A stretch of DNA of 64,000 nucleotides, from NCBI GenBank assembly GCA_963848305.1, contig CAWKDC010000001.1:704001-768000 (forward strand), given 5' to 3'. The translations under genes were made by a program, and so were the position numbers. Position 1 is the first letter of the stretch; each line of letters opens with the position of its first letter. Below, one piece after another: positions 22,200 to 33,453 of this stretch. The notes below the pieces were generated by a model. It saw nothing but the letters and a program-made list of their open reading frames with translations, ran no database searches and was not told the origin of the DNA. Origin of the DNA: an uncultured Gammaproteobacteria bacterium (GTDB taxonomy: Bacteria > Pseudomonadota > Gammaproteobacteria > JABCZS01).

Positions 22200-23057
22200 T
22201 TATCTTAAGACAAGCCTAGATTTCTCGACAATGCAATTCTCTAATTCGTCAATCATTCTATGCTTAAGCAAATGATTGCTCGCTTCGAGATCAAACCCCA
22301 CTTGACTCGATAGATCATGCAGTTGATCCATGTCAAGATAGATCAATGTTTGACTCCAAATCGAGTATATATTCTCCATCATATGACTCATCATATCCGG
22401 TGAAGGCATAATTTTTATTCTCTCGCAGAGAACATTCGAGATTTCTGAAACGAAGGTTTCTTTTTCACCGCAAATATTTTCTTCCATGAATGTATTGAGT
22501 GCTTTGATATATTCAACTTTATTCTCATCATAGAGAAATTTCTTGAAATCATCACAGATATGTTTGAACAGCGCTATTCTTTGCTCGTGAGAACTGAATA
22601 CAATGTGATGACGAGACGCATACAAGTTTGCAGCAGCCTTGGTGAACGGGTTTGTAGCGGGATGATCCTCGTAATCGCTTTTGTGCTCATCGATCAATTG
22701 CAACAGATAATTCATTGTCTGAACCGCCTGTGCTTCATCAAGCTTGGGTACAAAGGCTTGAAGTGCCGTCACTCTACTATCTGCCAGATCCCAACTTACA
22801 CCAGGGAAAAGCGCCAAAAGAGCTTCCATCGCATTTGTGATTTGTGCCGGCGTTAATTGTTCCACGGTAGCTGTCAATTGCGCCGAGATCTCAGTTTCTT
22901 CATTCTGAAGATTAGCTAACATGTCAATGAATGCTGATGTGGTTACATCTAAAATTTTTCCAGACGCTTCCAACCAGTTTACCCATTCAGAATGCCCAAT
23001 GCTCGATTGGCTCTCAAGCTCTTCCGATCTTTCGTTTGATTGATATAAATTAAACAT
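22200..23057 (-). CDS. Hypothetical helical protein (285 aa), weakly related to its neighbours
   Basis: Tightly packed ORF. EAQAVQTMNYLL...AAANLYAS resembles SEQAMYVMDKLL...AACVLYAS of the 728-aa ORF. Confidence 0.7.
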   Translation of the reverse strand: MFNLYQSNERSEELESQSSIGHSEWVNWLEASGKILDVTTSAFIDMLANLQNEETEISAQLTATVEQLTPAQITNAMEALLALFPGVSWDLADSRVTALQAFVPKLDEAQAVQTMNYLLQLIDEHKSDYEDHPATNPFTKAAANLYASRHHIVFSSHEQRIALFKHICDDFKKFLYDENKVEYIKALNTFMEENICGEKETFVSEISNVLCERIKIMPSPDMMSHMMENIYSIWSQTLIYLDMDQLHDLSSQVGFDLEASNHLLKHRMIDELENCIVEKSRLVLR

Positions 23058-23068
23058 TGGTCACTGCC

Positions 23069-25054
23069 TTATGTGTGATGATTATTTACTGAACGTCTTG
23101 CGTCGAATTCGACTGATTGAGTGTTCCTGGTTTGCAACTGCACCTTGACCAACATTGTATAGTCTTTGTTGTGCAAGGCTGGCAGTTTCGACAAAATCAG
23201 AGCCGCATCATTTGAATCTATATGCTTCAACGCAGCGACAAAAACGGGATACACTTCTTCGGACTTGTCAGAAATATTTATATAAAAATTTTCCCCATGA
23301 CAATCATAAATCTCTTTATTATTGTGTCGGCACAAATAAGCCATCATTTTCTCTACAAATATTTTTTTATCTGCCGGAACCATGTATTGAATAAACTTTA
23401 TCAAGTTTTTACAAACGTCCGTGTCGCGTTCCAATATACTCAATTTGTTCATCCAAATTTCGATAAGTGGTTTCATTATGGTTGATTGCGTATAACCGTT
23501 TTTTAACATTTTTTCCAATGCTAGATAATATGAAGCTGGAGCAGTGCCCCCCAATAATTCAAACTCTTTAAACAGCAAACGCAATAGAAAATATATATCT
23601 TCACGAGAGAATTCAACATTCGATGAAACATACAATTGAGTCGCAGCCACTACCCCATCATTATAAAATAGGTTTTTTCCATTGTACTGCTCGTCAAAAG
23701 AATCGCTGACATCTAACAATCTATTCATTGCAATTTTTGCTTGATTTTCCGTATAGCAAGAGCTTAGGGTTCCCATGCTTTCGAGCGCTGTATTTTTGCA
23801 CTGTCTGTTACTATGTGAGTAAGCGCTCATCCCGTCTCCTTCTTCTACTTTGTTCCAAATCCATTCACTGATCAAACCGATTTCTGCTTCGCTGAACCTA
23901 TTTTTTTTGGCTATGACGATGAGCGCCTTCAAGACATTCGTCTTCGCTGTATCCAGGCTCATTGCTAGATCGGGATCTGCTGGCATTTCTTCTTTGTCTA
24001 TTCGAATCAGTTCTTTAATGGCATCATTGGCATCAGTTACCGTCAGATTATCTGCATAAGTAACAATTGCTTGCGCCAATTCGTTGACAATATCAACATA
24101 CATCATTCTGCCTGTTTTCACGCGCAATGCAAGCCTACGTGCCACTTCTATTTTTTTGAGATTATCAAGACGACTGAAAAGCTGCCTCAGCAACTGTAAT
24201 CCAGCTATGACTTCACCTTCCCTATCACTATTAATGAGCCCCAATGATGTGTCAGTGATTGTCTGCACTGTAGCGACATCACAGGATTCAAGCATTTCTC
24301 CTAGGCATGTTATATCATATTCACATCTACCATCATCATCTAAGATTCCTATTGAACTGGATATGATTGTGTCGAACAGCTCGGATGCAACTTTGCCCAT
24401 TTCAACGGGACTAGGTTTGATGCTTACCTGGCTTGGCTGCGATAAGACACTCAATGCCGCCTCCGCTAAGGGTCTGACATTATATTTACGTATCATCTCA
24501 AATGCAACAACTGACGATGTGTCATCGCTGATGTCATGACGGCATTGGGTGATAAATTGTGCTTTCTGCGACTCATCCAATCGCTTGCCTATTGCTGTCA
24601 AGTTTTTGTATGTGGCCTTCAGATTGTCCATGCTTGATATGGAATGATCGGGCTCTGGTTGACCATATCGCATCATGCTCTCAAAAAGGATAGATGCAAT
24701 GGCTTTGAATTGATCACTGGAAAATTCATATGCATACACTGCTAAGCGATCTGCCATGTCTTCACCCGGTGAAGACATGATTGAATGATATAAATCATTC
24801 ACCTCAGCTTGAATACCCTGGAGATCTCGGTATACCCATTTTTGCATGATCAACGCATAAATCCGATGGTTTTCCACGGGTGCTGTGTGATCCTGTAAAG
24901 AGGCGGTGAGCAACGCTGCCCATCTCGGTCTTTCTGAATCCGTCATTTGCACATTGCGCGCCAGGAGTTCGTTCATACACTTAAGACGCTTCTCGTGGGT
25001 TGTGTTCTCGAAAATACTTTCACATGAATTGTAGTCATAGCTATATTGACGCAT
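23069..25054 (-). CDS. Hypothetical helical protein (661 aa), paralog of 19997..22183
   Basis: AGGAG RBS upstream; shares extensive blocks with the 728-aa ORF. Confidence 0.8.
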   Translation of the reverse strand: MRQYSYDYNSCESIFENTTHEKRLKCMNELLARNVQMTDSERPRWAALLTASLQDHTAPVENHRIYALIMQKWVYRDLQGIQAEVNDLYHSIMSSPGEDMADRLAVYAYEFSSDQFKAIASILFESMMRYGQPEPDHSISSMDNLKATYKNLTAIGKRLDESQKAQFITQCRHDISDDTSSVVAFEMIRKYNVRPLAEAALSVLSQPSQVSIKPSPVEMGKVASELFDTIISSSIGILDDDGRCEYDITCLGEMLESCDVATVQTITDTSLGLINSDREGEVIAGLQLLRQLFSRLDNLKKIEVARRLALRVKTGRMMYVDIVNELAQAIVTYADNLTVTDANDAIKELIRIDKEEMPADPDLAMSLDTAKTNVLKALIVIAKKNRFSEAEIGLISEWIWNKVEEGDGMSAYSHSNRQCKNTALESMGTLSSCYTENQAKIAMNRLLDVSDSFDEQYNGKNLFYNDGVVAATQLYVSSNVEFSREDIYFLLRLLFKEFELLGGTAPASYYLALEKMLKNGYTQSTIMKPLIEIWMNKLSILERDTDVCKNLIKFIQYMVPADKKIFVEKMMAYLCRHNNKEIYDCHGENFYINISDKSEEVYPVFVAALKHIDSNDAALILSKLPALHNKDYTMLVKVQLQTRNTQSVEFDARRSVNNHHT

Positions 25055-25135
25055 ACGTTATCTCCTGATGGGTGCAAACGGCACCTTATCACAGCTTGAT
25101 AACTTATGTCAATAGCCTTGTATTAAATTTTTTTA

Positions 25136-25411
25136 TCATTCCTTCTCTTCATGCTCAATCACGCGACCAGGGGAACGCCTAAAATCGCCTGCAACCACCT
25201 TATCAGATTGATAAGGGACGGGCTCTTGGGGGACAGGGGGCTTGGTAAAAAAGAGATAGACCCTTCTAACAAGTAATGCAACAAACCCAAATAAAAGCAG
25301 GTACCAAATGAACACTATTCCGAGCACGAATAAGCCAGCTAAAACCCCAAGGAAGGCCAAGCCTAGCAGGATAGAGATCGTACGTTGGATGAAAGAGAGG
25401 GTTTGTTTCAA
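25136..25411 (-). CDS. Small membrane protein
   Basis: Long hydrophobic N-terminal half and C-terminal GRVIEHE; TTG start. Confidence 0.65.
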   Translation of the reverse strand: MKQTLSFIQRTISILLGLAFLGVLAGLFVLGIVFIWYLLLFGFVALLVRRVYLFFTKPPVPQEPVPYQSDKVVAGDFRRSPGRVIEHEEKE

Positions 25412-25414
25412 GGT

Positions 25415-25453
25415 AGTAGCCTAATAAGCCTATTCGATAGGTATTAGGCTACT
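25415..25453. terminator. Stem-loop downstream of the histone gene
   Basis: AGTAGCCTAATA/TATTAGGCTACT 12-bp arms plus inner CCTAT/ATAGG. There is no U-tract, so it may be a stabilising hairpin rather than a terminator. Confidence 0.5.
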
Positions 25454-25476
25454 CCATTTTTACCAGAGAATCAATA

Positions 25477-25662
25477 CTAGAAGTCGCGATCCATCACGGT
25501 TTTACGGCCATCACGCTTTGCTTTTTCAATGGCCTCATCGCACATTTTGCAGACAGCCCGGGAAAGTGCCTCTGCCACACTACCAGAAGTATTCATGCCG
25601 CCGGATTTTTCTTTGATGTACGCTTTGACTTTCGACACAACCACTAAAATTTCTTCACTCAT
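25477..25662 (-). CDS. Bacterial histone-fold protein (Bd0055/HBb-like, 61 aa)
   Basis: EILVVVSKVKAYIKEK-SGGMNTS...LSRAVCKMCDEAIEKAKRDGRKTVMDRDF: three-helix pattern and RKTVxxxD motif; AAGGAG RBS. Confidence 0.88.
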   Translation of the reverse strand: MSEEILVVVSKVKAYIKEKSGGMNTSGSVAEALSRAVCKMCDEAIEKAKRDGRKTVMDRDF

Positions 25663-25679
25663 TACATGCTCTCCTTAGA

Positions 25680-26846
25680 TTAAAAATTAAAACCAACAAC
25701 AAAAATTGAAAAGTATGTCAGCAGCCAATGAGACACGATGACCCCAATCAATGTGGAGTGGCGCGTATACAACCAACCCCAGAACAAGCTTAACACAAAT
25801 GTCGACATTGCCAATAGTATTGAAATATTCACGTGAGATAAACTGAAAAATAATGATGCCAACAAGATCGCCTGCCACTGACGGTTTCTGTGGCTTAAGA
25901 ATGTCATAAAGGATGTTTGACAAACGCCGCGAACAATGAATTCAATCGCTGGAACATAGACGATGAACCCTGCTAACAGTAAAATGCGTTCTCTCGCTGT
26001 TAATGCGCTTAAAATGCCTTTATAAAAAAACACAGGCGCCTCAGCCATGCCAGGCACCATCGCATGGGCCGCCAGTTTCGCCAAGACTATCATGGGCATC
26101 ATGAAAATCACGCTGATCAAAATGCTGTCTTTCAGGGCATACTCCCACCCATCGATCGTGAGCCCAAATGTTTTAGCATGAAAGCCACTGCGGATCAGCA
26201 GCTGGTAAAAAATAAATGCAAACATTAACACGACAGGAATAGATAAATACACAGTGCCCGCTGACAAAGGCACAACGGCATTGAAAAAACTCATCCCCAA
26301 GACGTAAAAACAGACCAAAGCCATCAAGCGGAAAATATATTGCCCCAGCAATACTTGTTTTTGGGAATATTTGAGTTGATCTTTCAGCTTGAGAACAGCT
26401 TTAGAGTTCAGGTTACGGATATTTTGGCTGAGTGTTTTTGCGAAATTAACTTTTAAAATATTGGATAATGACACTTCGGGCTTGGAATGCTTTTCCAAAT
26501 CAGCCACATTCAAACCAATGAGCTTCATTTCCTCCGCAGCCCGCACCGTGGCGGACCGGGGGCGTTGGTCAATGAGGGAAATCTCCCCAATCACATCGCC
26601 CTTTTTCAACAGGGCAATGTGATGGTACTCGCCATGATCATCTTCTTTGAGAACTTCACCGGTTCCGGAAGAGATGATATATATCGCATCACCAGGCTCG
26701 CCTTCTTGGACGACATTCACACCCACATTGACACGTCGCTCATACATCAAGCCAAGCAGCTCCTCCATTTGATCTGGAGTTAAGCCGCTGAACAGTGGGT
26801 TGGATAGAATTAATTCCCTGGATTGTTTGCTTAATATTTCCTGCAT
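25680..26846 (-). CDS. Cyclic-nucleotide-binding domain fused to a CPBP (CAAX/Abi) intramembrane metalloprotease domain
   Basis: N-terminal QEGEPGDAIYII, GEISLIDQRPRSATVRA; C-terminal multi-TM region with EFIVRG, FSLSH and SHWLL. Confidence 0.88.
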   Translation of the reverse strand: MQEILSKQSRELILSNPLFSGLTPDQMEELLGLMYERRVNVGVNVVQEGEPGDAIYIISSGTGEVLKEDDHGEYHHIALLKKGDVIGEISLIDQRPRSATVRAAEEMKLIGLNVADLEKHSKPEVSLSNILKVNFAKTLSQNIRNLNSKAVLKLKDQLKYSQKQVLLGQYIFRLMALVCFYVLGMSFFNAVVPLSAGTVYLSIPVVLMFAFIFYQLLIRSGFHAKTFGLTIDGWEYALKDSILISVIFMMPMIVLAKLAAHAMVPGMAEAPVFFYKGILSALTARERILLLAGFIVYVPAIEFIVRGVCQTSFMTFLSHRNRQWQAILLASLFFSLSHVNISILLAMSTFVLSLFWGWLYTRHSTLIGVIVSHWLLTYFSIFVVGFNF

Positions 26847-26940
26847 GCCTGTACCCTAAAAACGGTATGAACGTTCCCTCCAAAAGAGTATAGACACAGA
26901 ATAGCCAGACAGCAACATAAGATGATAAGATTTTAAACAA

Positions 26941-27429
26941 TCATGTAAGCTTTTCAATTAACATATTTATTGCATTGAGCACCGCTGCGGCATAAAGCGC
27001 CGCCAACAAGTCATCCACCATGATCCCCACTCCGCCACTTACTTTTTTATCCAACCAACCAATTGGCCAAGGCTTCAAGATATCGAAAAAACGAAATGCG
27101 ATAAAACCGAGTAGTAACGTCAGGGCATTGATGGGGACAAACATCATCATCAGCATCATGCCGGCGATTTCATCAATGACAATACCACTGTGGTCATGCA
27201 CATTTAATGCATGACTGCTCCAACCGGCAACGTAAGTACCCACAATAATGACGATCAAAGTAATGAGTACATATAAGGGCCATGAAAGCAAAGACATCAA
27301 CATGATGAAAGGAATGGCAACAAGAGAACCCATGGTGCCAGGTGCTATGGGGCTTAAACCTGCACCGAAACCAAATGCGAGCACGTGGAAAGGATGAGAG
27401 AAGACGGTGCGTGTGAGTGATGTGTGCAT
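26941..27429 (-). CDS. pgpA: Phosphatidylglycerophosphatase A
   Basis: GFGAGLSPIAPGTMGS, IVIDEIAG, FRFFDILKPWPI, GIMVDD. Confidence 0.96.
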   Translation of the reverse strand: MHTSLTRTVFSHPFHVLAFGFGAGLSPIAPGTMGSLVAIPFIMLMSLLSWPLYVLITLIVIIVGTYVAGWSSHALNVHDHSGIVIDEIAGMMLMMMFVPINALTLLLGFIAFRFFDILKPWPIGWLDKKVSGGVGIMVDDLLAALYAAAVLNAINMLIEKLT

Positions 27430-27438
27430 GAATGTTCC

Positions 27439-28347
27439 TTATATAAAGTGATCATATCCCGAATGACCAGTCCAACGCTTTCCACCGATCTGGATCCCCT
27501 CGCCTTCACAAATCTCACCAATCAACACTGCATTGATCGATGCAGCCGCAGATTTAGGGGCAGTGAAGCAGAGCACATAATCATCCCCACTCGTCACCGC
27601 ATGGCGAAAAGCGTCATCACTGGGTAATATAGACCATTCCGATGCAATCGGAATACTTTCTCGCATCAAATGCGCGCCCACATGACTCGCGGTGAGAATA
27701 TGCGATAAATCAGCGAATAAGCCATCTGATATGTCAATGGCTGCATGCGCGAGCCCACATAATTGATGTCCCAAACGAATGGGGGGATCAGGAAAACGAT
27801 ACGCTTGTGTTGCGCGTTCACCAGGATTAAGCTGGTGGTCACGTGCATAAACATAAAATGCTGCCAAACCCAATTCCCCGGTGATATAAATGTTATCACC
27901 CGGCTTGGCATTCGATCGTTTCAACGCTTGATCACGGTTCACGCGACCCAATGCCGTGATAGATACCGACAAGGGGCCATGAGTAGTATCACCCCCAATC
28001 AGGGTGACTTGTGCACGTAATGCTTGAGTGTGTAATGCTTGCGAAAAAGCCGTCAACCAGGTTTCATTGGCTTCGGGTAATGTGAGGGATAATAAAAACG
28101 CAAAAGGGACAGCACCCATCGCAGATAAATCGCTTAAATTCACCATCAATGCCTTGTGCGCAATACTCTCGGGCGGATCATCAGGATAAAAGTGCACGCC
28201 ACTGACAAGTGTATCGACCGTGAGCACAATAGAATCGCGTCCGCATGATACCAGCGCGGCATCGTCACCGACGCCCAGCATCACATCACCTGAAGGCGGT
28301 TGTCCAATATGACTGAAAAATCGATCAATCAGATCGAATTCACCCAC
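27439..28347 (-). CDS. thiL: Thiamine-monophosphate kinase
   Basis: GEFDLI, GVGDDAA, NLSDLSAMGA, GGDT, DISDGL. GTG start taken at 28347. Confidence 0.95.
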   Translation of the reverse strand: MGEFDLIDRFFSHIGQPPSGDVMLGVGDDAALVSCGRDSIVLTVDTLVSGVHFYPDDPPESIAHKALMVNLSDLSAMGAVPFAFLLSLTLPEANETWLTAFSQALHTQALRAQVTLIGGDTTHGPLSVSITALGRVNRDQALKRSNAKPGDNIYITGELGLAAFYVYARDHQLNPGERATQAYRFPDPPIRLGHQLCGLAHAAIDISDGLFADLSHILTASHVGAHLMRESIPIASEWSILPSDDAFRHAVTSGDDYVLCFTAPKSAAASINAVLIGEICEGEGIQIGGKRWTGHSGYDHFI

Positions 28348-28768
28348 CGCGTCTGATTTCTGTTTTGCGTGCGTCATGTGCGATTTTATCCAAAATGCCA
28401 TTCACGAAAGTGTGTGCTTCATTCGCGCCATATTCTTTTGACATATCGACTGCTTCATTGATCACGACTTTATAGGGCAGGTCAAGTCGATGCAATAATT
28501 CATACGAAGCCAATCTTAAAATAGCATATTCGATCGGACTGATTTCTTCCAGTGAACGGGAGGTATGCGCAGCGAGCACCATGTCGATGTCGCCTATTTC
28601 TTCCATCACGCCGGTAAAAATCTCGTTGAAATAAGCCGTATCGATTTGACCTTCTTGGCATAATATATCGGCGCGAATATCAGATGTTGGATTACCCGTC
28701 AATTGCCACTGATAGAGTGCTTGCATGACCGCGCGGCGTGCTTTTTTACGGAGTGTAATAGGGTTCAT
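28340..28768 (-). CDS. nusB: Transcription antitermination factor NusB
   Basis: RKKARRAVMQALYQW, ILRLASYEL, VVINEAV, FVNGILD. Confidence 0.96.
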   Translation of the reverse strand: MNPITLRKKARRAVMQALYQWQLTGNPTSDIRADILCQEGQIDTAYFNEIFTGVMEEIGDIDMVLAAHTSRSLEEISPIEYAILRLASYELLHRLDLPYKVVINEAVDMSKEYGANEAHTFVNGILDKIAHDARKTEIRRGG

Positions 28769-29214
28769 GTGCGCACCTGCTCTAATGTGTTCAGCATTTC
28801 CAATAAAACTTCTGCACATTCATATCCTTTATTGTGAGGCCCCTCACCAGCACGCGCATGCGCTTGTGCTTCATCAAACGTTGTGAGGACACCAAAAGCA
28901 ATGGGTTTGTTGATATTCAACATGACTTGCATCAAGCCACGTGAACATTCACCGGCGACATAATCAAAGTGTTTGGTTTCACCTTGGATCACACAACCCA
29001 ATGCAATGCCGCCCGCGACATCTGCGCGCATCAAGGCTTGTTGCAACAAAATCGGCAACTCTACTGCCCCTGGGCATTTTAAGACAATCATATTTTCTTG
29101 CAATACCCCGTGCTTTTGCAATGCCTCTATTGCGCCTTTCAATAACTGCTGGGTAATCTCTGGATTGAAACGCGCGCAGGCGATCACCATTTTTCCATTA
29201 GGCACTGTTAACAT
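28765..29214 (-). CDS. ribH: 6,7-dimethyl-8-ribityllumazine synthase
   Basis: ARFN, PGAVELP, GCVIQGETKHFDYV, FGVLT. Confidence 0.95.
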   Translation of the reverse strand: MLTVPNGKMVIACARFNPEITQQLLKGAIEALQKHGVLQENMIVLKCPGAVELPILLQQALMRADVAGGIALGCVIQGETKHFDYVAGECSRGLMQVMLNINKPIAFGVLTTFDEAQAHARAGEGPHNKGYECAEVLLEMLNTLEQVRT

Positions 29215-29215
29215 T

Positions 29216-29854
29216 TTATTCCTCACAAACTTGAGGCGCTTCCGTACGCAACCGATATTCAATTAAATCCGCAATGGTGCCCATTTTTAAACCATGTTTT
29301 TGACAGAAGATGGCCAAATCATCGCGACGCGCCATGGTGCCATCCTCATTCAAAATTTCCACCAGCACCCCCGCCGGTTTGAGCCCTGCCAATCGTGCTA
29401 AATCCACGGTGGCTTCAGTGTGACCACCGCGCACCAACACCCCGCCCTTTTTGGCGATGATGGGGAACATGTGGCCGGGATGTACAAAATCTTCAAAAGA
29501 AGCACTAGGATTCATCGCTGTTTGAATTGTTTTAGCGCGATCAAATGCAGATATGCCTGTTGTGATACCTTCACGCGCTTCCATCGAAATGGTGAATTGC
29601 GTGCGACGAGGGCAAGAATTTTCTGAAACCATGGGATACAAACCTAATGCAGCTGCTTTTTCTTCCGTGAGACATAAGCACACTAAACCGCGGCCTTCTT
29701 TGATCATGAAATTAATGTGTTCAGGCGTGACGTGTTCTGCGGCAATGATCAAATCGCCTTCATTTTCGCGATCTTCATCATCAACCAGCACCACCATTTC
29801 ACCACGGCGAATGGCCTCGATCACTGATTCAGCACTGTCAAAATGCACACCCAT
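29216..29854 (-). CDS. ribB: 3,4-dihydroxy-2-butanone 4-phosphate synthase (stand-alone)
   Basis: [26 protein letters not shown]; no GTP cyclohydrolase II domain. Confidence 0.95.
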   Translation of the reverse strand: MGVHFDSAESVIEAIRRGEMVVLVDDEDRENEGDLIIAAEHVTPEHINFMIKEGRGLVCLCLTEEKAAALGLYPMVSENSCPRRTQFTISMEAREGITTGISAFDRAKTIQTAMNPSASFEDFVHPGHMFPIIAKKGGVLVRGGHTEATVDLARLAGLKPAGVLVEILNEDGTMARRDDLAIFCQKHGLKMGTIADLIEYRLRTEAPQVCEE

Positions 29855-29855
29855 G

Positions 29856-30521
29856 CTAATGCTCCGTCTCAGATGAATGAACCCAACTGGCCAATAATTC
29901 CGGACCCCAAATATTCATGGGATCCCCGCTGTTGCCGCGCAAGAGATGATCCAGATATAACATGATCATGTCGGCTTCGAGATTCACCAAATCGCCCAAT
30001 TGTTTGTGCTGAAAAATGGTTTTTAAATACGTATGTGGGATGACGTTGAGATAAAAAGAAGATGTTCCCACACGGTTGACAGTCATGCTCACGCCGTCGA
30101 TGGCAATACAGCCTTTTGGGGCAATATATTGCATGATATTTTTGGGCGCACTGATTTCAAAAATCCACGATCTGCCTTCTGCTTTGATTTTTTTGATCAC
30201 CCCCGTATTCAACACATGCCCAGACACCATATGCCCGCCCAAAGGATGTTGCAGGGTTAAACAATGTTCCAAATTCAAAGGGGAGGCTTTATTCAATGCG
30301 CCCAATGCCGTGCACCGCAATGTTTCAGCCGAAACATCCACGCTGAATTGGGTGGCCTTCAACCCCGTGACTGTCAAACACACGCCGTTCACACATACAC
30401 TGCTGCCCAGCTTCAACCCTTTCAGGAAGCTTTTAGCAACAGAGACCCACAAAACAGTATCTTGAGTGCCTAATTCAATTTTAGCGACTGTGCCAATGTG
30501 GCTGACTAAACCTGTGAACAT
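29856..30521 (-). CDS. ribE: Riboflavin synthase
   Basis: [29 protein letters not shown]. Confidence 0.95.
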   Translation of the reverse strand: MFTGLVSHIGTVAKIELGTQDTVLWVSVAKSFLKGLKLGSSVCVNGVCLTVTGLKATQFSVDVSAETLRCTALGALNKASPLNLEHCLTLQHPLGGHMVSGHVLNTGVIKKIKAEGRSWIFEISAPKNIMQYIAPKGCIAIDGVSMTVNRVGTSSFYLNVIPHTYLKTIFQHKQLGDLVNLEADMIMLYLDHLLRGNSGDPMNIWGPELLASWVHSSETEH

Positions 30522-31600
30522 CGATACCTCACACAAAGATCATCACCCAAAAACCGTACCGCTTCACACACCCATTTGACGGGAGAAGGCTGCCCCCACC
30601 AGAGTGGCCAGGCTTCTTGCCCGAGTAGGGTAGGCGCCATGAATACAAGCCATTCATCAACCAAACCTTGGCTGAGAAAGCTTGTCTGTAAGCGAGGCCC
30701 CGATTCTACCATGATTTGCCTCAAACCTTCACCTGATAACCGGGCTAACAAGGCTTTAATACTGACTTCACCCAATTCTTCTGGTAAAACCCAAATATCT
30801 GCCCGTTTTCCCAGCCCAGACTGTTCATTTTTTGAACAGGTGGCTATGATAACCCTTCCCGGCACCTCAAACAAGCGTGCATTCAAAGGGGTGCGCAAAT
30901 GAGTATCCACAATCACTCGAATGGGGGGACGGAATGCAGGCACGCCTGCACAAGGTAACCGTACGTTTAATAAGGGATTATCAGCCAATATCGTCCCGAT
31001 GCCCGTGATAATCACATCAGATTCAGCCCTCATGCGATGAACCTCAGCCCGCACAGCCTCACCTGTGATGGCGGTAGACGCCTGCCCTGTGGGTGAAGCA
31101 CTGGTGCGTCCATCCAAGCTCATGGCTGATTTAACGATCACATGAGGACGATGGTGCGTCAGGTGATGGTGAAAAGCTTTGTTTTGAGCCCGGGCATTCA
31201 TGGCCAATAAACCTGTATCTACCTGAATACCCACTGCGCGCAGCCGGGCAACCCCTTGCCCATTGACGGCGGGAAAAGGATCAGTTGCTGCAACAACCAC
31301 GCGTGAGACACCCGCATTGATCAGTGCGTCTACACAAGGCGGCGTTTTACCGGTATGGTTGCAAGGTTCTAGGGTCACGTAACAAGTCGCGCCACGTGCA
31401 TGCGCACCGGCTTGATGCAACGCATGAACTTCAGCGTGCGGACCGCCAAAAGCTTGATGATACCCTTCACCGATCACGCTCCCATCTTTCACGATCACAC
31501 AACCCACGCAAGGATTGGGCCGCGTGAATGGAACGCCTTGCTGCGCCAAATGTAAAGCGCGCTGCATGTGAATCATGTCGTCAGTGGTTGAATACTGCAA
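30506..31600 (-). CDS. ribD: Riboflavin biosynthesis deaminase/reductase
   Basis: PNPCVG, HAE, TLEPCNHTGKTPPC, SLDGR, DNPLLNVR. Confidence 0.96.
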   Translation of the reverse strand: MQYSTTDDMIHMQRALHLAQQGVPFTRPNPCVGCVIVKDGSVIGEGYHQAFGGPHAEVHALHQAGAHARGATCYVTLEPCNHTGKTPPCVDALINAGVSRVVVAATDPFPAVNGQGVARLRAVGIQVDTGLLAMNARAQNKAFHHHLTHHRPHVIVKSAMSLDGRTSASPTGQASTAITGEAVRAEVHRMRAESDVIITGIGTILADNPLLNVRLPCAGVPAFRPPIRVIVDTHLRTPLNARLFEVPGRVIIATCSKNEQSGLGKRADIWVLPEELGEVSIKALLARLSGEGLRQIMVESGPRLQTSFLSQGLVDEWLVFMAPTLLGQEAWPLWWGQPSPVKWVCEAVRFLGDDLCVRYRCSQV

Positions 31601-32080
31601 TTAATTGCCCTCAGGTACAACCGATTCCTTGGCCGTTGATAACTTTTCAATTTCCTCGCGAAACGCGTTCACATCTTCAAAACTGCGATAAACAGACGCA
31701 AAACGAACATAAGCGACTTGATCCAAATCACGCAATGCATCCATCACCCATTCGCCCAATTGGTTCGCAGGAATTTCTCGCTCGCCAACACCTTGTAAAC
31801 GGTACTTGATGCGCGCGATCACTTCATCGACCGCACTGCTGGCGACGGGACGTTTTTCCAATGCGCGCAACATGCCCCGCCGCAATTTCTGTTCATCAAA
31901 GTTAACGCGTGTTCCATCCCGCTTGATGATGCGCGGCAATGTTAATTCTGCCGCTTCATAAGTTGTAAACCGCTCTGCACATTCTAAGCATTGGCGCCGA
32001 CGACGCACTTGATCTCCCTCGCCTACCAAGCGAGAGTCAATCACTTTCGTATCGGCTGCTCCGCAAAACATACAACGCAT
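31601..32080 (-). CDS. nrdR: Transcriptional repressor NrdR
   Basis: MRCMFC...[12 protein letters not shown] cone, AYVRFASVY. Confidence 0.97.
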   Translation of the reverse strand: MRCMFCGAADTKVIDSRLVGEGDQVRRRRQCLECAERFTTYEAAELTLPRIIKRDGTRVNFDEQKLRRGMLRALEKRPVASSAVDEVIARIKYRLQGVGEREIPANQLGEWVMDALRDLDQVAYVRFASVYRSFEDVNAFREEIEKLSTAKESVVPEGN

Positions 32081-32089
32081 AATGAGTCC

Positions 32090-33349
<1,260 letters not shown>

Positions 33350-33411
33350 AGCAATACCTCGCGTGAGACAGGAAAAGAGCCCATATTGTACACTTATTTA
33401 TCATGCTTTGG

Positions 33412-33441
33412 TTGTATGCAGTCTCTTATATGGGTTATACT
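33412..33441 (+). promoter_or_regulatory. Probable sigma70 promoter of ssrA
   Basis: TTGTAT-N18-TATACT, 12 nt before the tmRNA 5' end. Confidence 0.5.
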
Positions 33442-33453
33442 CTGAAGTCTTAA

